A stretch of DNA of 64,000 bases from Mustelus asterias (GCF_964213995.1 NW_027590274.1:434001-498000), one strand, 5' to 3'. Shown: positions 37,078-49,232, counted from the stretch's first letter. The notes: generated by a model not told the origin, from the letters alone. A program made the numbers and translations.

Positions 37078-37518
37078 GGGGAGGTGATGGCCTTGTGGTA
37101 TTATTGCTGGACTATTCATTCAGAAACTCAGCGAATGTTCTGGGGACCCGGGTTTGAATCCTGTCATAGAATCATAGAAATCCTACAGTACAGAAGGAGG
37201 CCATTCAGCCCATCGAGTCTGCACCGACAACAATCCCACCCCACAGCAGCTGGTGGAATTTGAATTCAATTAAAAATATCTGGAATTAAGAAATTCCTGA
37301 TGACCATGAAACCCTTTCGATTGTCGGAAAAACCTATCTGGTTCACAAATGTCCTTCAGGGAATGAAATCTGCCATCCTTAATTGGTCTGGCCTACATGT
37401 GACTCCAAAGCCACAACAATGTGGTTGACTCTCAACTGCCCTCCAAGGGCTACTGGGGATGGGTAATAAATGCTGGCCAGCCAGCAACATCCATGTCCCA
37501 TGAATGAATAAAAAAAAT
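37078..37518 (+). mobile_element. Second SINE family (tRNA-like head, ATGAATGAATAAAAA tail) with a small nested insertion
   Basis: A-box-like TGGCCTTGTGG, B-box-like GGTTTGAATCC, A-rich tail. Confidence 0.65.
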
Positions 37519-37639
37519 TCAATTGAACAGCTTGGTGAGCTGAAGTTCTAACTATTTCTTACGATCTGTCAGGAACATGAAATGGTGAGTGTCGATCAGC
37601 ATTAATTAGCACCTTCAGGAGAATTGGGTGGGTGTATAT

Positions 37640-37897
37640 TAAAGTTTATTTATTAGTCACAAGTAAGGTTTATATTAACACTGCAATGAAGTTACTGTGA
37701 AATTCCCCTAGTCATCACACTCTGGCACCTGTTCGGGTCAATGCACCGAACCAACACGTCTTTCAGAATGTGGGAGGAAACCCACGCAGACACGGGGAGA
37801 ATGTGCAAACTCCACACAGACAGTGACCCAAGCTGGAAGTCGAACCCGGGTCCCTGGCACTGTGAGGCAGCAGTGCTAACCACTGTGCTACCGTGCT
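37640..37897 (-). mobile_element. V-SINE with alternative tail, inserted in the ZNF-6 leader intron
   Basis: Head and tail motifs. Confidence 0.85.
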
Positions 37898-38201
37898 GCA
37901 GAATGCTAAATGGAATGAGAGAGAGAGTGTATGTGTGAGGGGCGTGGGTGGAGATTTAAAGAATGTTCCATAGAAACTACAATTGTCTGTTTTGAATTTC
38001 TATCATGTGCTGACAGTGATGATTTTATTGGAAGGAGAGGTTTGGAAAATGGAAATCTCAAAAGAGTCACTTGATTCATAAGGACGTGAAAATCATCAGC
38101 CTTTTTAACATCAGTGTGACTGGAAAAGCACTGAGATTCTCACACCCGTATCAGAGTGTTCCAGTGCACTGATTGTGGAGAGACACAAGGACTCCGACAC
38201 C

Positions 38202-38959
38202 ATGGAGAAACCATGGAAATGTGGAGACTGTGGGAAGGGATTCAGAGCCCCATCTGAGGTGGAATCTCATTGACGCAGTCACACCGGGGAGAGACCGTTC
38301 ATATGCTCCACTTGTGGGAAGGGATTCAATCATTCATCGAATCTGCTGAGACACCAGCGAATTCACACTGAGGAGAGGCTAGTCACCTGCTCACAGTGTG
38401 GGAAGGGATTCAGAGATTCATCCACTCTGCTGACACACCAAAAGGTTCACACTGGGGAGAAGCCATTCACCTGTTGTGTGTGTGGAAAAGGATTCAGAGA
38501 TTCATACACTTTGCTGACACACCACCTAGTTCACACTGGGGAGAAGCCATTCACCTGCCCTGAGTGTGGAAAGGGATTCACTCAGTCATCTAACTTGCTG
38601 ACACACCAGAGAGTTCACACCGGGGAGAGGCCGTTCAACTGCTCAGTGTGTGGAAAAAGATTCACTCAGTCATCCGCTCTCCTGACACACCAGCGAATTC
38701 ACACTGGAGAGAGGCCGTTCACCTGCTCTGTTTGTGGAAAGAGATTCACTCTGTCAGCCACCCTGATAGCACATCAGCGCATTCACACTGGGGAGAGGCC
38801 TTTCACCTGCTCCGTGTGTGGGAAGGGATTCACTCAATCATCAAATCTGCTGAAACACCAGCAAATTCACTTGGACACAAGCCTTTCACCTGCTCTGAGT
38901 TTGGGAAGTGATTCAGTGATTCATCCCAGTTGCTGAGACACCAGAGAGTTTACAAGTGA
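38202..38959 (+). pseudogene. C2H2 ZNF-6, about 9 fingers, premature stop
   Basis: MEKPWKC; TGA at 38271-38273 in finger 1; frameshift near 38875; shared splice acceptor deleted near 38025. Confidence 0.9.
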
Positions 38960-39264
38960 TAACAGGGGTCGAATTCTGTTGTACTGGCCAGTGTAATATT
39001 GTAATAGGTGGATCTTCATTTTAAAAATTCAAATTGTATAACCTGAAATGTGAGAAACTGCAGAGCTGGCAGAAATTGTTTAAACAAACAACTAATTTTT
39101 AAAAGCTACTGGACATCATATTCTGCCAAACTCCAGCTCAAAAATAAGGCTCATTATATAATCTGATCAAGATCAGCAACAGAGAAAGCTGCAGACTCGA
39201 TGGGCTGAATGGCCTCCTTCTGCACTGTAAGATTCTATGATTCTATGAGTTCACAAAATTAAAG

Positions 39265-39528
39265 TTAAAAGTTAAATTTATTTATTAGTCGCAAGTAAGG
39301 CTTACATTAACACTGCAATGAAGTTACTGTGAAATTCCCCGAGTCGCCACAGTCCGGCACCTGTTCAGGTCAATGCACCTAAACAGCGCATCTTTCAGAC
39401 TGTGGGAGGAAACCAGAGCACCCGGAAGAAACCCACACAGACACGGGGAGAATGTGCAGACTCCACACAGACAGTGACCCAAGCTGGGAATTGAACCCGG
39501 GTCCCTGGCGCTGTGAGGCAGCAGTGCA
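39265..39528 (-). mobile_element. V-SINE with alternative tail
   Basis: Core and tail motifs. Confidence 0.85.
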
Positions 39529-39942
39529 GACAGACAGTCAAGAAATCATCAATTCCACTCCCACCCGGAGCTATGGGGATATATTTATACATTATCTCAT
39601 TTCACAATAAAACCCACACACTGAGTTTCTGATTTGCTTCTGTTATTATTTTGGTGCCCAGCAGGTGGTCTCAGTGTGTGTGTGCGTGCGTGTGCGCATG
39701 AGTGCAGAAAGATAGAAACTAGAAGCAGGAGTAGGCCATTCGGCCCTCCGAGCCTGCCCCACCATTCATTTTGATCATGGCTGATCATCGAATTCAATAT
39801 CCTGATTCCCCCCTTCCTCCCATATCCCTTGATCCCTTTAGTCACATGATCTATATCTAATTACTTCTTGAAATCATATATGCGTGTCTGTGAATGTATT
39901 TGTGCATCTGTGAGTTTGTCTGTATCTAGAATCATAGACGAT

Positions 39943-40030
39943 TGACTCACCTGATGAAGGAGCAGCGCTCCAAAAACTTGTGATACCAAATAAACCTGTT
40001 GGATTTTAACCTGGTGATGTGAGACTTCTA
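39943..40030 (+). mobile_element. Penelope pLTR fragment with mutated hammerhead
   Basis: CACCTGATGAAGGAGCAGCGCTCCAAAA (GAAA changed to AAAA). Confidence 0.7.
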
Positions 40031-40034
40031 ACTC

Positions 40035-40352
40035 GAATCATAGAATCCAACAGTGGAGAAGGTGGCCATTCGGCCCATCGAGTCTGCATGACCACAATCC
40101 TATTCAGGCCCTATCCCCTTAACGCCATGCATTTACCCTAGCTAGTCCCCCTGACACTAAGGGGCAATTTAGCATGGCCAATCCACATAACCCGCCCATC
40201 TTTGATCTGTGGGAGGAAACTGGAGCATCCAGAGGGAACCCACGCAGACACGGGGAGAATGTGCAAACTCCACACAGACAGTGACCTGAAACTTGAATCG
40301 AACCCGGGTCCCTGGCGCTGTGAGGCAGCGGTGCTAAGCACTATGCCACAAC
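40035..40352 (-). mobile_element. V-SINE
   Basis: Head, core and tail motifs present. Confidence 0.85.
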
Positions 40353-40632
40353 GCAGTAATCCAGGGAACTGGATTAATTGTTGGATTACACAGTGATATG
40401 TTACAGAGCAGGAATCCAGGGGAACTGGATTAATTGTTAGATTACACAGTGATATGTTACAGAGCATTAATCCAGGAGAACTGGATTAATTGTTAGATTA
40501 CACAGTGATATGTTACAGAGCAGAAATCCAGGAGAACTGGATTAATTGTTAGATTACACAGTGATATGTTACAGAGCAGTAATCCAGGAGAACTGGATTA
40601 ATTGTTAGATTACACAGTGATATGTTACAGAG
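40353..40632. repeat. 56-bp tandem repeat x5
   Basis: AATCCAGGAGAACTGGATTAATTGTTAGATTACACAGTGATATGTTACAGAGCAGT; CACAGTG at 40389, 40445, 40501, 40557 and 40613. Confidence 0.95.
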
Positions 40633-41324
40633 TCTTAAAATCTGAAATAAAACAGTCAATGTCACAAATAGTCAACAGGCCCAGCAGCTTCTATGGAGGC
40701 AGAAACAGAGTGAAACATACAGCCAAACATCCATATGAATGAGGAGCAGCAGTGGACCATTGGGCCCCTCTGCTCCAGCATTTGACAAGATCCCGACTGA
40801 TCTGATTGAGGTCAGAACTCCACATTTCTGTCTCCCCCCAAATCCTGACTCTCTTGTCAATCAGGAATCCATTTATTCAGCCTTAAAAATATTCAATGAC
40901 TCTGTCTCCACTCCTCTCTGGGGAAGAGAATTCCACAGACCAAAGACCCTCTGAGAGAGAGAGAAAAATCTCGTTCTCTCTGTCCCTAACGTTTCAAGTC
41001 CAATGCGCTCTCCAGAGCCACACAAAGAAAATCAGGATAAAAGCAAATTACTGTGAATGCTGGAATCTGAAACCAAAAGAGAAAATGCTGGAAAATCCCA
41101 GCAGGTCTGGCAGCATCCGTCAGGAGAGAAAAGTGCTGACGTTTCGAGTCCAGATGACCCTTTGTCAAAGACTGACCTCTGAAGAATTGAGAGAGAGAGG
41201 AGACAAAATGAAAGATCTGCAAACTGACAAATGTTTCATGGCCCAAGACCAAAGCGAGTTGTAATGGGACAAGTAAAGACACAAAAGATGTTCTGGATGA
41301 GGTGTGAATAGCCGGTGAGCAATA

Positions 41325-42040
41325 GTCTGGGGAGTAGGTACAGAGGAGATGTCAGGGGTAAGTTTTTCACTCAGAGGGTGGTGGGTAGTGGAATCGGCTG
41401 CCGTCAGTGGTGGTGCAGGCAAACTCAATACGGTCTTTTAAGAGACTTCTCGATGAGTACATGGAACTTAATAGGATTGAGGGTGATAGGTAAGCCTATA
41501 TATAAGCCTAGGTAGGTAGGGACATGTCCGGCGCAACTTGTGGGCCGAAAGGCCTGTTTGTGCTGTATTTTTTTCTATGTTCTAAAAAACTCAATCAAAT
41601 TTGTGAGACATGATTTTCCACTCACAAAGCCATGCTGTCCCGAATCAGTCCTTCCATCTCTAAATGCCTGTAGATCCTGTCTCTCAAAATATCTTTGAGC
41701 AACTTAGCCACTGCAGATGTGAGGCCCACCCACCAGCCTGTAGTTCCCAGACTTTTCCCTGCAGCCCTTCTTAAACAAAGGCACAACATTTGCCACCGTC
41801 CAATCTTCAGGCACCTCACCTGTGACTATCGATGATTCAAATATCTCTGCTCGGAGATCCGCAATTTCCTCTCTAGCCTCCCACAATGTCCTGGGATACA
41901 CTTCAGCAGGTCCCCGGGATTTATCTACCTTGATGCACTTTAAGACTTCCAGCACCTCCTTCTCTGTTATATGTACACTCCTCAAGACATCACTATTTAT
42001 TTCCTCAAGTTCCCTAACATCCATGCTTTTCTCAACAAAG
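41325..42040. mobile_element. Two CR1 fragments: 3' end (+) 41325-41583 and RT N-terminal part (-) 41585-42040
   Basis: RGKFFTQRVV; IKVDKSRGP...VPEDWTVANVVPLFKKG. Confidence 0.85.
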
Positions 42041-42044
42041 GATT

Positions 42045-42668
42045 TCTCAAAGGATTGTGAATGAAGCCCAGTCCATTGCGCAAACCCGCCTCCCATCCAT
42101 TGACTCTGTGTACACATCCGGCTGCCTCGGAAAAGCAGCCAGCATAATCAACCCTCGCACCCCGGACATTCACTCTTCCACCTATTTCCTTTGGGAAATG
42201 AAACAAAAGTCTGAGCTCACGTACCAACCAACTCAAGAACAGCTTCTTTCCTGTTGCCGTCAGACTTTTGATTGGACCTATCTCGCACTAAGTTAATCTT
42301 TCTGTCCACCTTAGCTATGACTGTAACACTAAGAACATAAGAAATAGGAGCAGGAGTAGGCCATCTGGCCCTTCGAGCCTGCCCCGCCATTCAACAAGAT
42401 CATGGCTGATCTGAAGCGAATCAGTTCCACTTACCCGCCTGCTCCCCATAACCCCTAATTCCCTTATCGATCAGAAAACTATCTACCCGTGATTTAAACA
42501 TATTCAACGAGGAAGCCTCCACCACTTCAATGGGCAGAGAATTCCAGAGATTCATTACATCCTGCACTCTCTCCTTTCCTTCTCTATGAACTGTATGCCT
42601 TGTCTTGATAGTGTGCAAGAAACAATTCTTTTCACTGTATACTAGTACATGTGACAATAATAAATCTA
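42045..42668 (+). mobile_element. Rex1/Babar-like LINE 3' end with nested CR1 tail (-, 42331-42557)
   Basis: LPSIDSVYTSGCLGKAASII and NQLKNSFFPVAVRLL; ends in ACAATAATAAATC. Confidence 0.65.
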
Positions 42669-42924
42669 ATCAAGTGCATCCTCTGATCTTGTGGAAGGGT
42701 GGGGAAGAAATTGCAGAGGCTCTTGCAGAGATATTTGCTTCATCCCTTTCCACTGGTGAAGTTCTGGAAGACTAGAGTGTGGCTAATGTTGTTCCGTTGT
42801 TTAAGAAGGGTTGCAAAGAGAAGCCTGGTAATTACAGGTCGGTGAACCTGACAACAGTGGCGGGTAAGTTACTGGAGAGGATTCTGGCCAACCTTTGGAT
42901 AATCAAGGTCTGGTTAGGGATAGT

Positions 42925-43919
42925 TGTCAGAGATCCTGGGTACCAGCAACTTTAGGCATTCTTAGTCGACTTGAGTACAAACAGCACTGGACACCAGGCA
43001 TAATCCAATGTGGGGCCTTTAATGACTTGTGCACAAGGAGAAACCCTGTGCAGCTGTCCCGCAAGTGGTTCTGATGTTACAGAAAAATAACTTGGCAATA
43101 ATAGTCAATTACAGCAAATCAGAAACCAGGAATGTTTCTAATCCTTCATTGACGGACATATTCGCCAATTAAATCCTAGCTTTTCGCCCTTTCGCGTTCA
43201 AAATTGACTTCTGCTAATCTTTTATTTGCATAGCATATCCCCATATCTCGCCTTTGGTATTTGTTATGGAGAAATCTCGTCTTGCTCACCCTCTGGTGAA
43301 GGCCGAAAAGCAGAATGTTCTGGGGCCTACGTCAGTGAAGATTAGCCTGTTCATGCTGAAATAGCAGACACTGACTCCTTTGAAGGTCTGCAAGCCGATA
43401 AACATTTTCACTCGCTGTTAAAGAGAAGGCAGGAAACTTTAATCTGAGCATTTCCACATAGTCAGCACTGCTTCGTGCATGTGTTAGAGTGGGCCAAGGC
43501 TGAGGCAGCTGTCGTATATATATTTATAGAGTGAGAATAGACTAACATTTCGAGTCTGGATGACCCTTTGTCAGAGCTCTGATGAAGGGTCATCCAGACT
43601 TTAAATGTTGGCTCTATTCTCTCTCCACAGATGCTGTCAGACCTGCTGACATTTTCCAGCATTTTCTGTTTTTGTTTCAGATTCCAGCATCCGCAATATT
43701 TTGCTTTTATCTGTATTTATATATCCAAATGTGCTATGTTAACAAAATGGACCGTTACTAACCGTAATATAAAGCATCATGTGATTTAGCTGACTTGACC
43801 ATATTCCTATAGTTATTCAGTCATTAAAGACACAGTCATGGAGCATTAAACTTGCCGAGCAGGGCCCCTTGTATCAACACACAGGCAGCTGCTTTGTGAG
43901 ACTGCTGGCAGCACAGACA
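42925..43919. mobile_element. Putative solo LTR
   Basis: TGTC...GACA termini interrupting CR1-like GGGATAGT|AGTCAG; only a 3-bp flanking duplication; contains a Penelope pLTR at 43533-43710. Confidence 0.4.
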
Positions 43920-44743
43920 AGTCAGAGATTAGAGTGTCTTGAGAAGAGAGATTCATTGTGAAAGCTCAGGGACGGTTGATAAGATGTAGCAATTCTATGA
44001 TTCTAATGAACATTCTTTCCTCTCATTCCCCAAAAGCTGTGAATCTCCATCCCACACACTCTCCCTCCATTCTCACTCTGCTGTATCTAATACTCACCCT
44101 CCCAATTCTCCTGAAGGTGCTGATTGAGGCTGATTGACAGATCCATGCTCACTGCTTCCTGTCCACCACACACAAATCATAAGAAACAGGAGCTGCAGTT
44201 GGCCATTCAGCCCATCGAATTGCCTCAACCATTCATTGAGAATTGGCTGATCTACCGCAGCATCATTTCCCACGCTATCCCCCAGATAGAGAGAGAATAG
44301 AGCCAATGTTTGGAGTCTGGAGAGAGGAAAGAATGTTCCATAGAAACTAGAATTGCGTGTTCTGAATTTCCATCCTGCACTGACACTGATGACCTCTGTA
44401 AACTTGTTTTACAGGATACTGAAAGAGGAATCACAGGCTGAAATCTCAAACGTCACATCTAGATCTGACAGAGTCACATTCCTTGGGACCTGAATATCAT
44501 CGGCCTTTGAATCGAGGAGAAATGGTTGTCCGGTCTGATGACTTGAAAAGATTTCAAACATCAGTGACTGGAAAAGTGCCAACACACTGCCAGACTGGAG
44601 TGAGTGTGTTCCAGTGCACTGAGCTTGAACCAGTTACACAGCCTGAATAAATATCACACCATTCACAGCGGTGGGGAGGGGCGGGGACTGTTCTGTGTGT
44701 GGACGAGTCTTCAACTGAAGAGAGAGGAAAGGACACCTGCACC

Positions 44744-45922
44744 ATGGAGAAACCATGGAAATGTGGGGACTGTGGGAAAAGATACAAAGTCCCATCCCTG
44801 CTGGAAGCTCATCGGCGCAGCCACACTGGGGAGAGACCATTTACTTGCTCTCAGTGTGGGGAGGGATTCACTCGGGTATCCCATCTGCAGAGACACCAGC
44901 GAGTTCACACTGGGGAGAAACCGTTCACCTGCTCTCAGTGTGAGAAGGGATTCACTGATTTATCCACCCTGCGGACGCACCAGCGAGTTCACACTGGGGA
45001 GAGGCCGTTCACCTGCTCTCAGTGTGAGAAGGGGTTCAGTCAATTATCTAACCTGCAGACACACCAGCGAGTTCACACTGGGGAGAGGCCGTTCACTTGC
45101 TCTCAGTGTGAGAAGGGATTCACTGATTTATCCACCCTGCGGACGCACCAGCGAGTTCACACTGGGGAGAGGCCGTTCACCTGCTCTCAGTGTGAGAAGG
45201 GGTTCAGTCAATTATCTAACCTGCAGAGACACCAGCGAGTTCACACTGGGGAGACACCGTTCACCTGCTCTCAGTGTGGGAAGGGATTCACTCGGTCATC
45301 CAGCCTGCAGGCACACCAGCGAGTTCACACTGGGGAGAAGCCGTTCACCTGCTCTCAGTGTGAGAAGGGATTCACTGATATTTCCACCCTGCGGAAACAC
45401 CAGCGAGTTCACACTGGGGAGAGGCCGTTCACCTGCTCTCAGTGTGAGAAAGGGTTCAGTCAATTAGCTAACCTGCAGAGACACCAGCGAGTTCACACAG
45501 GGGAGAGACCTTTCACCTGCTCTCAGTGTGGGAAGGGATTCACTGATTTATCCACTCTGCGGAGACACCAGCGAGTTCACACTGGGGAGTGGCCATTCAC
45601 CTGCTCTATGTGTGGGAAGGGGTTCAGTCAGTTAGCTAAGCTGGAGGCGCACCAGCGAGTTCACACTGGGGAGAGACCATTCACCTGCTCTCAGTGTGGG
45701 AAGGGATTCACTGATTTATTCACCCTGCGGTGTCACCAGCGAGTTCACACTGGGGACTGGCCGTTCACCTGCTCTCAGTGTGAGAAGGGATTCAGTCAGT
45801 TATCCAACCTGCGGATACACCAGCGAGTTCACACTGGGGAGAGGCCGTTCACCTGCTCTCAGTGTGGGAAGGGATTCATAGTTTCATCCCAGCTGCTGAA
45901 ACACCAGCGAGTTCACGAGTGA
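44744..45922 (+). CDS. C2H2 zinc-finger protein ZNF-7, 14 fingers, minisatellite-like array
   Basis: MEKPWKC, 392 aa (14x28), intact; acceptor ends at 44414. Confidence 0.93.
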   Translation: MEKPWKCGDCGKRYKVPSLLEAHRRSHTGERPFTCSQCGEGFTRVSHLQRHQRVHTGEKPFTCSQCEKGFTDLSTLRTHQRVHTGERPFTCSQCEKGFSQLSNLQTHQRVHTGERPFTCSQCEKGFTDLSTLRTHQRVHTGERPFTCSQCEKGFSQLSNLQRHQRVHTGETPFTCSQCGKGFTRSSSLQAHQRVHTGEKPFTCSQCEKGFTDISTLRKHQRVHTGERPFTCSQCEKGFSQLANLQRHQRVHTGERPFTCSQCGKGFTDLSTLRRHQRVHTGEWPFTCSMCGKGFSQLAKLEAHQRVHTGERPFTCSQCGKGFTDLFTLRCHQRVHTGDWPFTCSQCEKGFSQLSNLRIHQRVHTGERPFTCSQCGKGFIVSSQLLKHQRVHE

Positions 45923-47229
45923 TTCCAGGGGTTGGATTCTGCTGTTATTCTTTCTGCTCTCAATTACATCCAGGACTGCATTTTGTTCATTCTCACAGTT
46001 GGTCAATGGGGAGGGTCGGAGGGTTTCTTTCTGTTGGACTGGCCGGTCTCATGTCTTTGCCTCCAGTGGGCTGATGCTCTTTGAGTCTTGTTGCGAATAC
46101 CTGGTTTCAAATTTCACACGGATCACAGAGTGACAGGGTGTTAGGAAGTTAAGAGTCACTATTTCTGTTTGAAACTCCCCCAGATGCCCATCCAATTTCC
46201 TTTGTAATTGTTTATTGTCTCCACTTCCTCGACCCTCGTAGGCAGCGAGTTCCAGGTCATTACCATTCACTGCATCAAAATATTCTTCCTCACATCCCGC
46301 CTTCCTCTCTGACCCAAAACCATAAACCTGTGTCCCTCTCATCCTTGTCCCGTCAGCTAATGGGAACAGCTTTTCTTTGTCCACCTTATCTAAACCTGTC
46401 AGAATCTTGTCCACCTCTATCAAATCTCCCCTCAACCTCCTTTGCTCCAAGGAGAACAACCCCAGCCTGTCATTGACAATAAAGAACAAACGAACAGAAT
46501 ATGTTAATACCTGAAATCAAATGGGAATGTTTAATTTCTGATTTAAAGAAATCATGAATATATTGTCACGTACAATAAAGGGATTTGAATAACTCAGCTT
46601 GGGTGCAGTTGAATGAAATGTATCAATCTCGTATCCACCCACAGTCTAGAGGAAGTATGGAATGTGTAGCTGGAAATCCCTCCCTAACAGCACTGTGGGT
46701 GTACTTACACCTTCGGCATTATAGCAGTTCAGGAAGGCAGTGTTGGCGCTGATCGTGGCCGAGGCAGCTACAGACAGCCACATATCCTGTTATAACTGAA
46801 GGACTGCAGATTAAATGCGAGGCATTGTGGGACATGACTATCTTGACCACATTCCTGTGACTGCTCAGTTTCTGCAATCATGAACCATTAAAGCTGCTTA
46901 GCAGGGCTCTGAAAGAGGACCTGGTGAGAATATTTACTCATAATGAGTTAGAATTAAACTTATCCCAGGACCGGCTGGTGTTCAGTGGCTGAGATTCCTG
47001 AATGTGTAAAAAGGGGGTCTGATCAATCAACAAACAGTGGTAGGTAGTTAGTTAAGAAGCGTTCTCATGCATTATTTGAATTATTTTATCATAAATTTGT
47101 GATCAGAACTGTGAGGGACTTGTAACCCAATAGTTGTTGAATTGACGGTAAACTCCAAGTAGCACTGGACTGAAAAGGGGGTCTGACCAAGAAGTGAAGT
47201 GATCTCAAGGCATTGTTTAAATTACATCA

Positions 47230-47530
47230 TCATTGGCCAACTTCCCCTTTGTGATGTCACAGTGGAGCCATCCTTGAATCAGCCAATAGGAATCACTCTG
47301 CTCCGCGGTGACGCCCCGGGTTCCAGTGAGCAGGCCCGGGCGCGCGGACCCGGGAGCCCCGCCCCCACCCATCGTTCCCCTCCCCCTGCACCACATCGAG
47401 CTAAGGTTTCCAGGCTGGCGGCTCCGGCCAGAGTGAGAAGCCGCTCGGTGATCTCCCCCTCCCCCCGGCCCGGGACTGCGCATGTCCAAGGGAGGGGGAA
47501 GCTGCGAATTGCAGGGCAGATCCTGCCCCC
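47230..47530. promoter_or_regulatory. CpG-rich segment with CCAAT, GC-box and TGCGCATG motifs
   Basis: ATTGG, TGATGTCA, GCCAAT, CCCGCCCC, TGCGCATG; target gene unclear. Confidence 0.45.
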
Positions 47531-47678
47531 TGACCTTCTGAGGTGTTGATTAATAGGAAGAGTTGAAGGACCGGAAGGACTCTGGTCCTCCAGCTGATCA
47601 GAGCGCGGGCTTTGCGTGAATGAAGATTGAGCTTCAGACAGACTGAAACTTCCTCCTGTCTCCAACATCAGAGAGGTT

Positions 47679-47751
47679 GTTTCTGTAGTGAAGTGGTTGT
47701 CACGTTTGCCTGACACGCGAAAGGTCCCCGGGTCAGAACCGGGCAGGAATG
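47679..47751 (+). tRNA. Degenerate tRNA-Val with anticodon GAC, probable pseudogene
   Basis: 73 nt, colinear with vertebrate tRNA-Val(AAC/CAC); anticodon 47712-47714; T-loop GTCAGAA instead of TTCGAAA. Confidence 0.85.
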
Positions 47752-47807
47752 TTAATTTGTTAATTCCAGCATCTGAAAGTGGGAAGGGGGAGGAAGGTGA
47801 GCTGTTG

Positions 47808-47903
47808 CCTGCCTGCCTGCTGTCCGGCCTGCCTGCCGTCCGGCCTGCCTGCCGTCTGGCCTGCCTGCCTGCCGTCTGGCCTGCCTGCCTTCCGTCCGTC
47901 CGC
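47808..47903. repeat. (CCTG/CCGT)n degenerate microsatellite
   Basis: Visible tetranucleotide array. Confidence 0.85.
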
Positions 47904-48384
47904 CCACTGGAGGGTGCTCTCTCCCTGGAGGGAGAGAGGACACGGAGTGAGTTTCTTTCTTTTTTCTTTCCATCTATGGGAGGGAGGACTGCATGTTTCA
48001 ACATCGAGGGACTGAGTGGTTGGGCTGGTGCCCTCATCATCAGAAGGTCGGTGCCTGAAAGGGATGGGGGGGGTGAAGTAAATTCAGACTGTTTTTTCCA
48101 TCTGCGGGCGGGCGGGCGGGCGGGTGGGGTGAAGACACCCCGGACTTGAACTGTTTGCGCCCAAAAGGGCTGGAGGAGTAAAGTCCCCCACCCACTGCTG
48201 CTGCCCCCAACACCGGCACCCCCTCCCCTCTTTCCCCCTGACTGGGGCACCGGCCCCCCTCCGTGCCTTGTCCCTCGTCCTCCCTCCTGCTCCTCCGACC
48301 TCCTCTCTCGCTCCGGGGAGAGAGCACCTCGATCCCCATCCACCTACCCTACCCTCCCTTATTTTTCCCTCCTCTTATACGCCC

Positions 48385-48620
48385 TGCCGTGGCAGAGCCT
48401 TCTCGGCCCACCTATGCGGGCGTGGCGGCTGCCAGAGCCCCCGCCGCTCCCAAGGCCCTGCCACCTTTTTCGTTGCTCACGCGGCAGCTCGGGGTGAAGT
48501 GCTACGCCCACCCCGACATGTCCATCGAGGCCTGTGTCAAGGCAATGGCTGGGGTTGTCGGCCCCTCAGCCATTGTCGCGGCCTCTAAGATGTACGGCCG
48601 GGCCGTATTCTTTTTGAAGG
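48385..48620 (+). mobile_element. Tx1-clade LINE ORF1 N-terminal fragment
   Basis: TYAGVAA...LTRQLGVKC...SIEACVKAMAGVVGPSAIVAASKMYGRAVFFLK resembles Tx1 ORF1 N-termini. Confidence 0.7.
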
Positions 48621-48621
48621 C

Positions 48622-49232
48622 CACCCACCCGCCACATTTATCATTCCCCGCGCGCCGCCCTCTACCTTGTATTGTTCTCGCTTCCAAGTTGAAACCGTCC
48701 GTCCGCCGCCGCCATTACCCGCACTGCGCATGCTTCAGGTCCCGCCCCTCATTCACTCCGATTGGTTGGAGGACCAGCCGCTCCCGCTCGGTCCTCCAGT
48801 CCCGCCCCCTCTTCCTATTGGTCCGGAGCTGGCGTCAATCAGCGCCCGGGCATTGTGATGTGGAGCATGCGCAGTGTCATTGCTGTCCTTGGCGCTTGTT
48901 TGTCCCGGAGAAGCGGAGTCAGCGTTAGGCGGTGGCTGGGAGGATTTGGAAACACTTTGTGGATCCGCAAACCCTTCAGAATCATTGTCAGCTCCCTGGT
49001 TTGCAGCTGCGGGGCTTCTCCCTCCCTCCCTCCCGGGAACAGACCCAGGTTAACGGCCCCATCCTGGCTCAGCCACTGGAGGATGGTTCACATCAGAGGA
49101 TGGGGGAGGGGGACAATAAATAAGAGGTTACACTTTGGCCTCAGATCAATGAGGACTCTGATCTCTGGGAAGGAAGGAAACCCTGGGAGGTGGGCGGGGA
49201 GGATTCACAAACACCCGCTGGAGGCCCCAACA
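48622..49232 (+). promoter_or_regulatory. CpG-island promoter and exon 1 (type B) for ZNF-8
   Basis: NRF1-like x2, ATTGG x2, GC boxes; inverted near-copy at 14730-15338. Confidence 0.72.

Noticed and set aside
47279-48343. 354-aa low-complexity ORF
   Set aside because: Spans a microsatellite, the tRNA gene and a CpG island; a composition artefact
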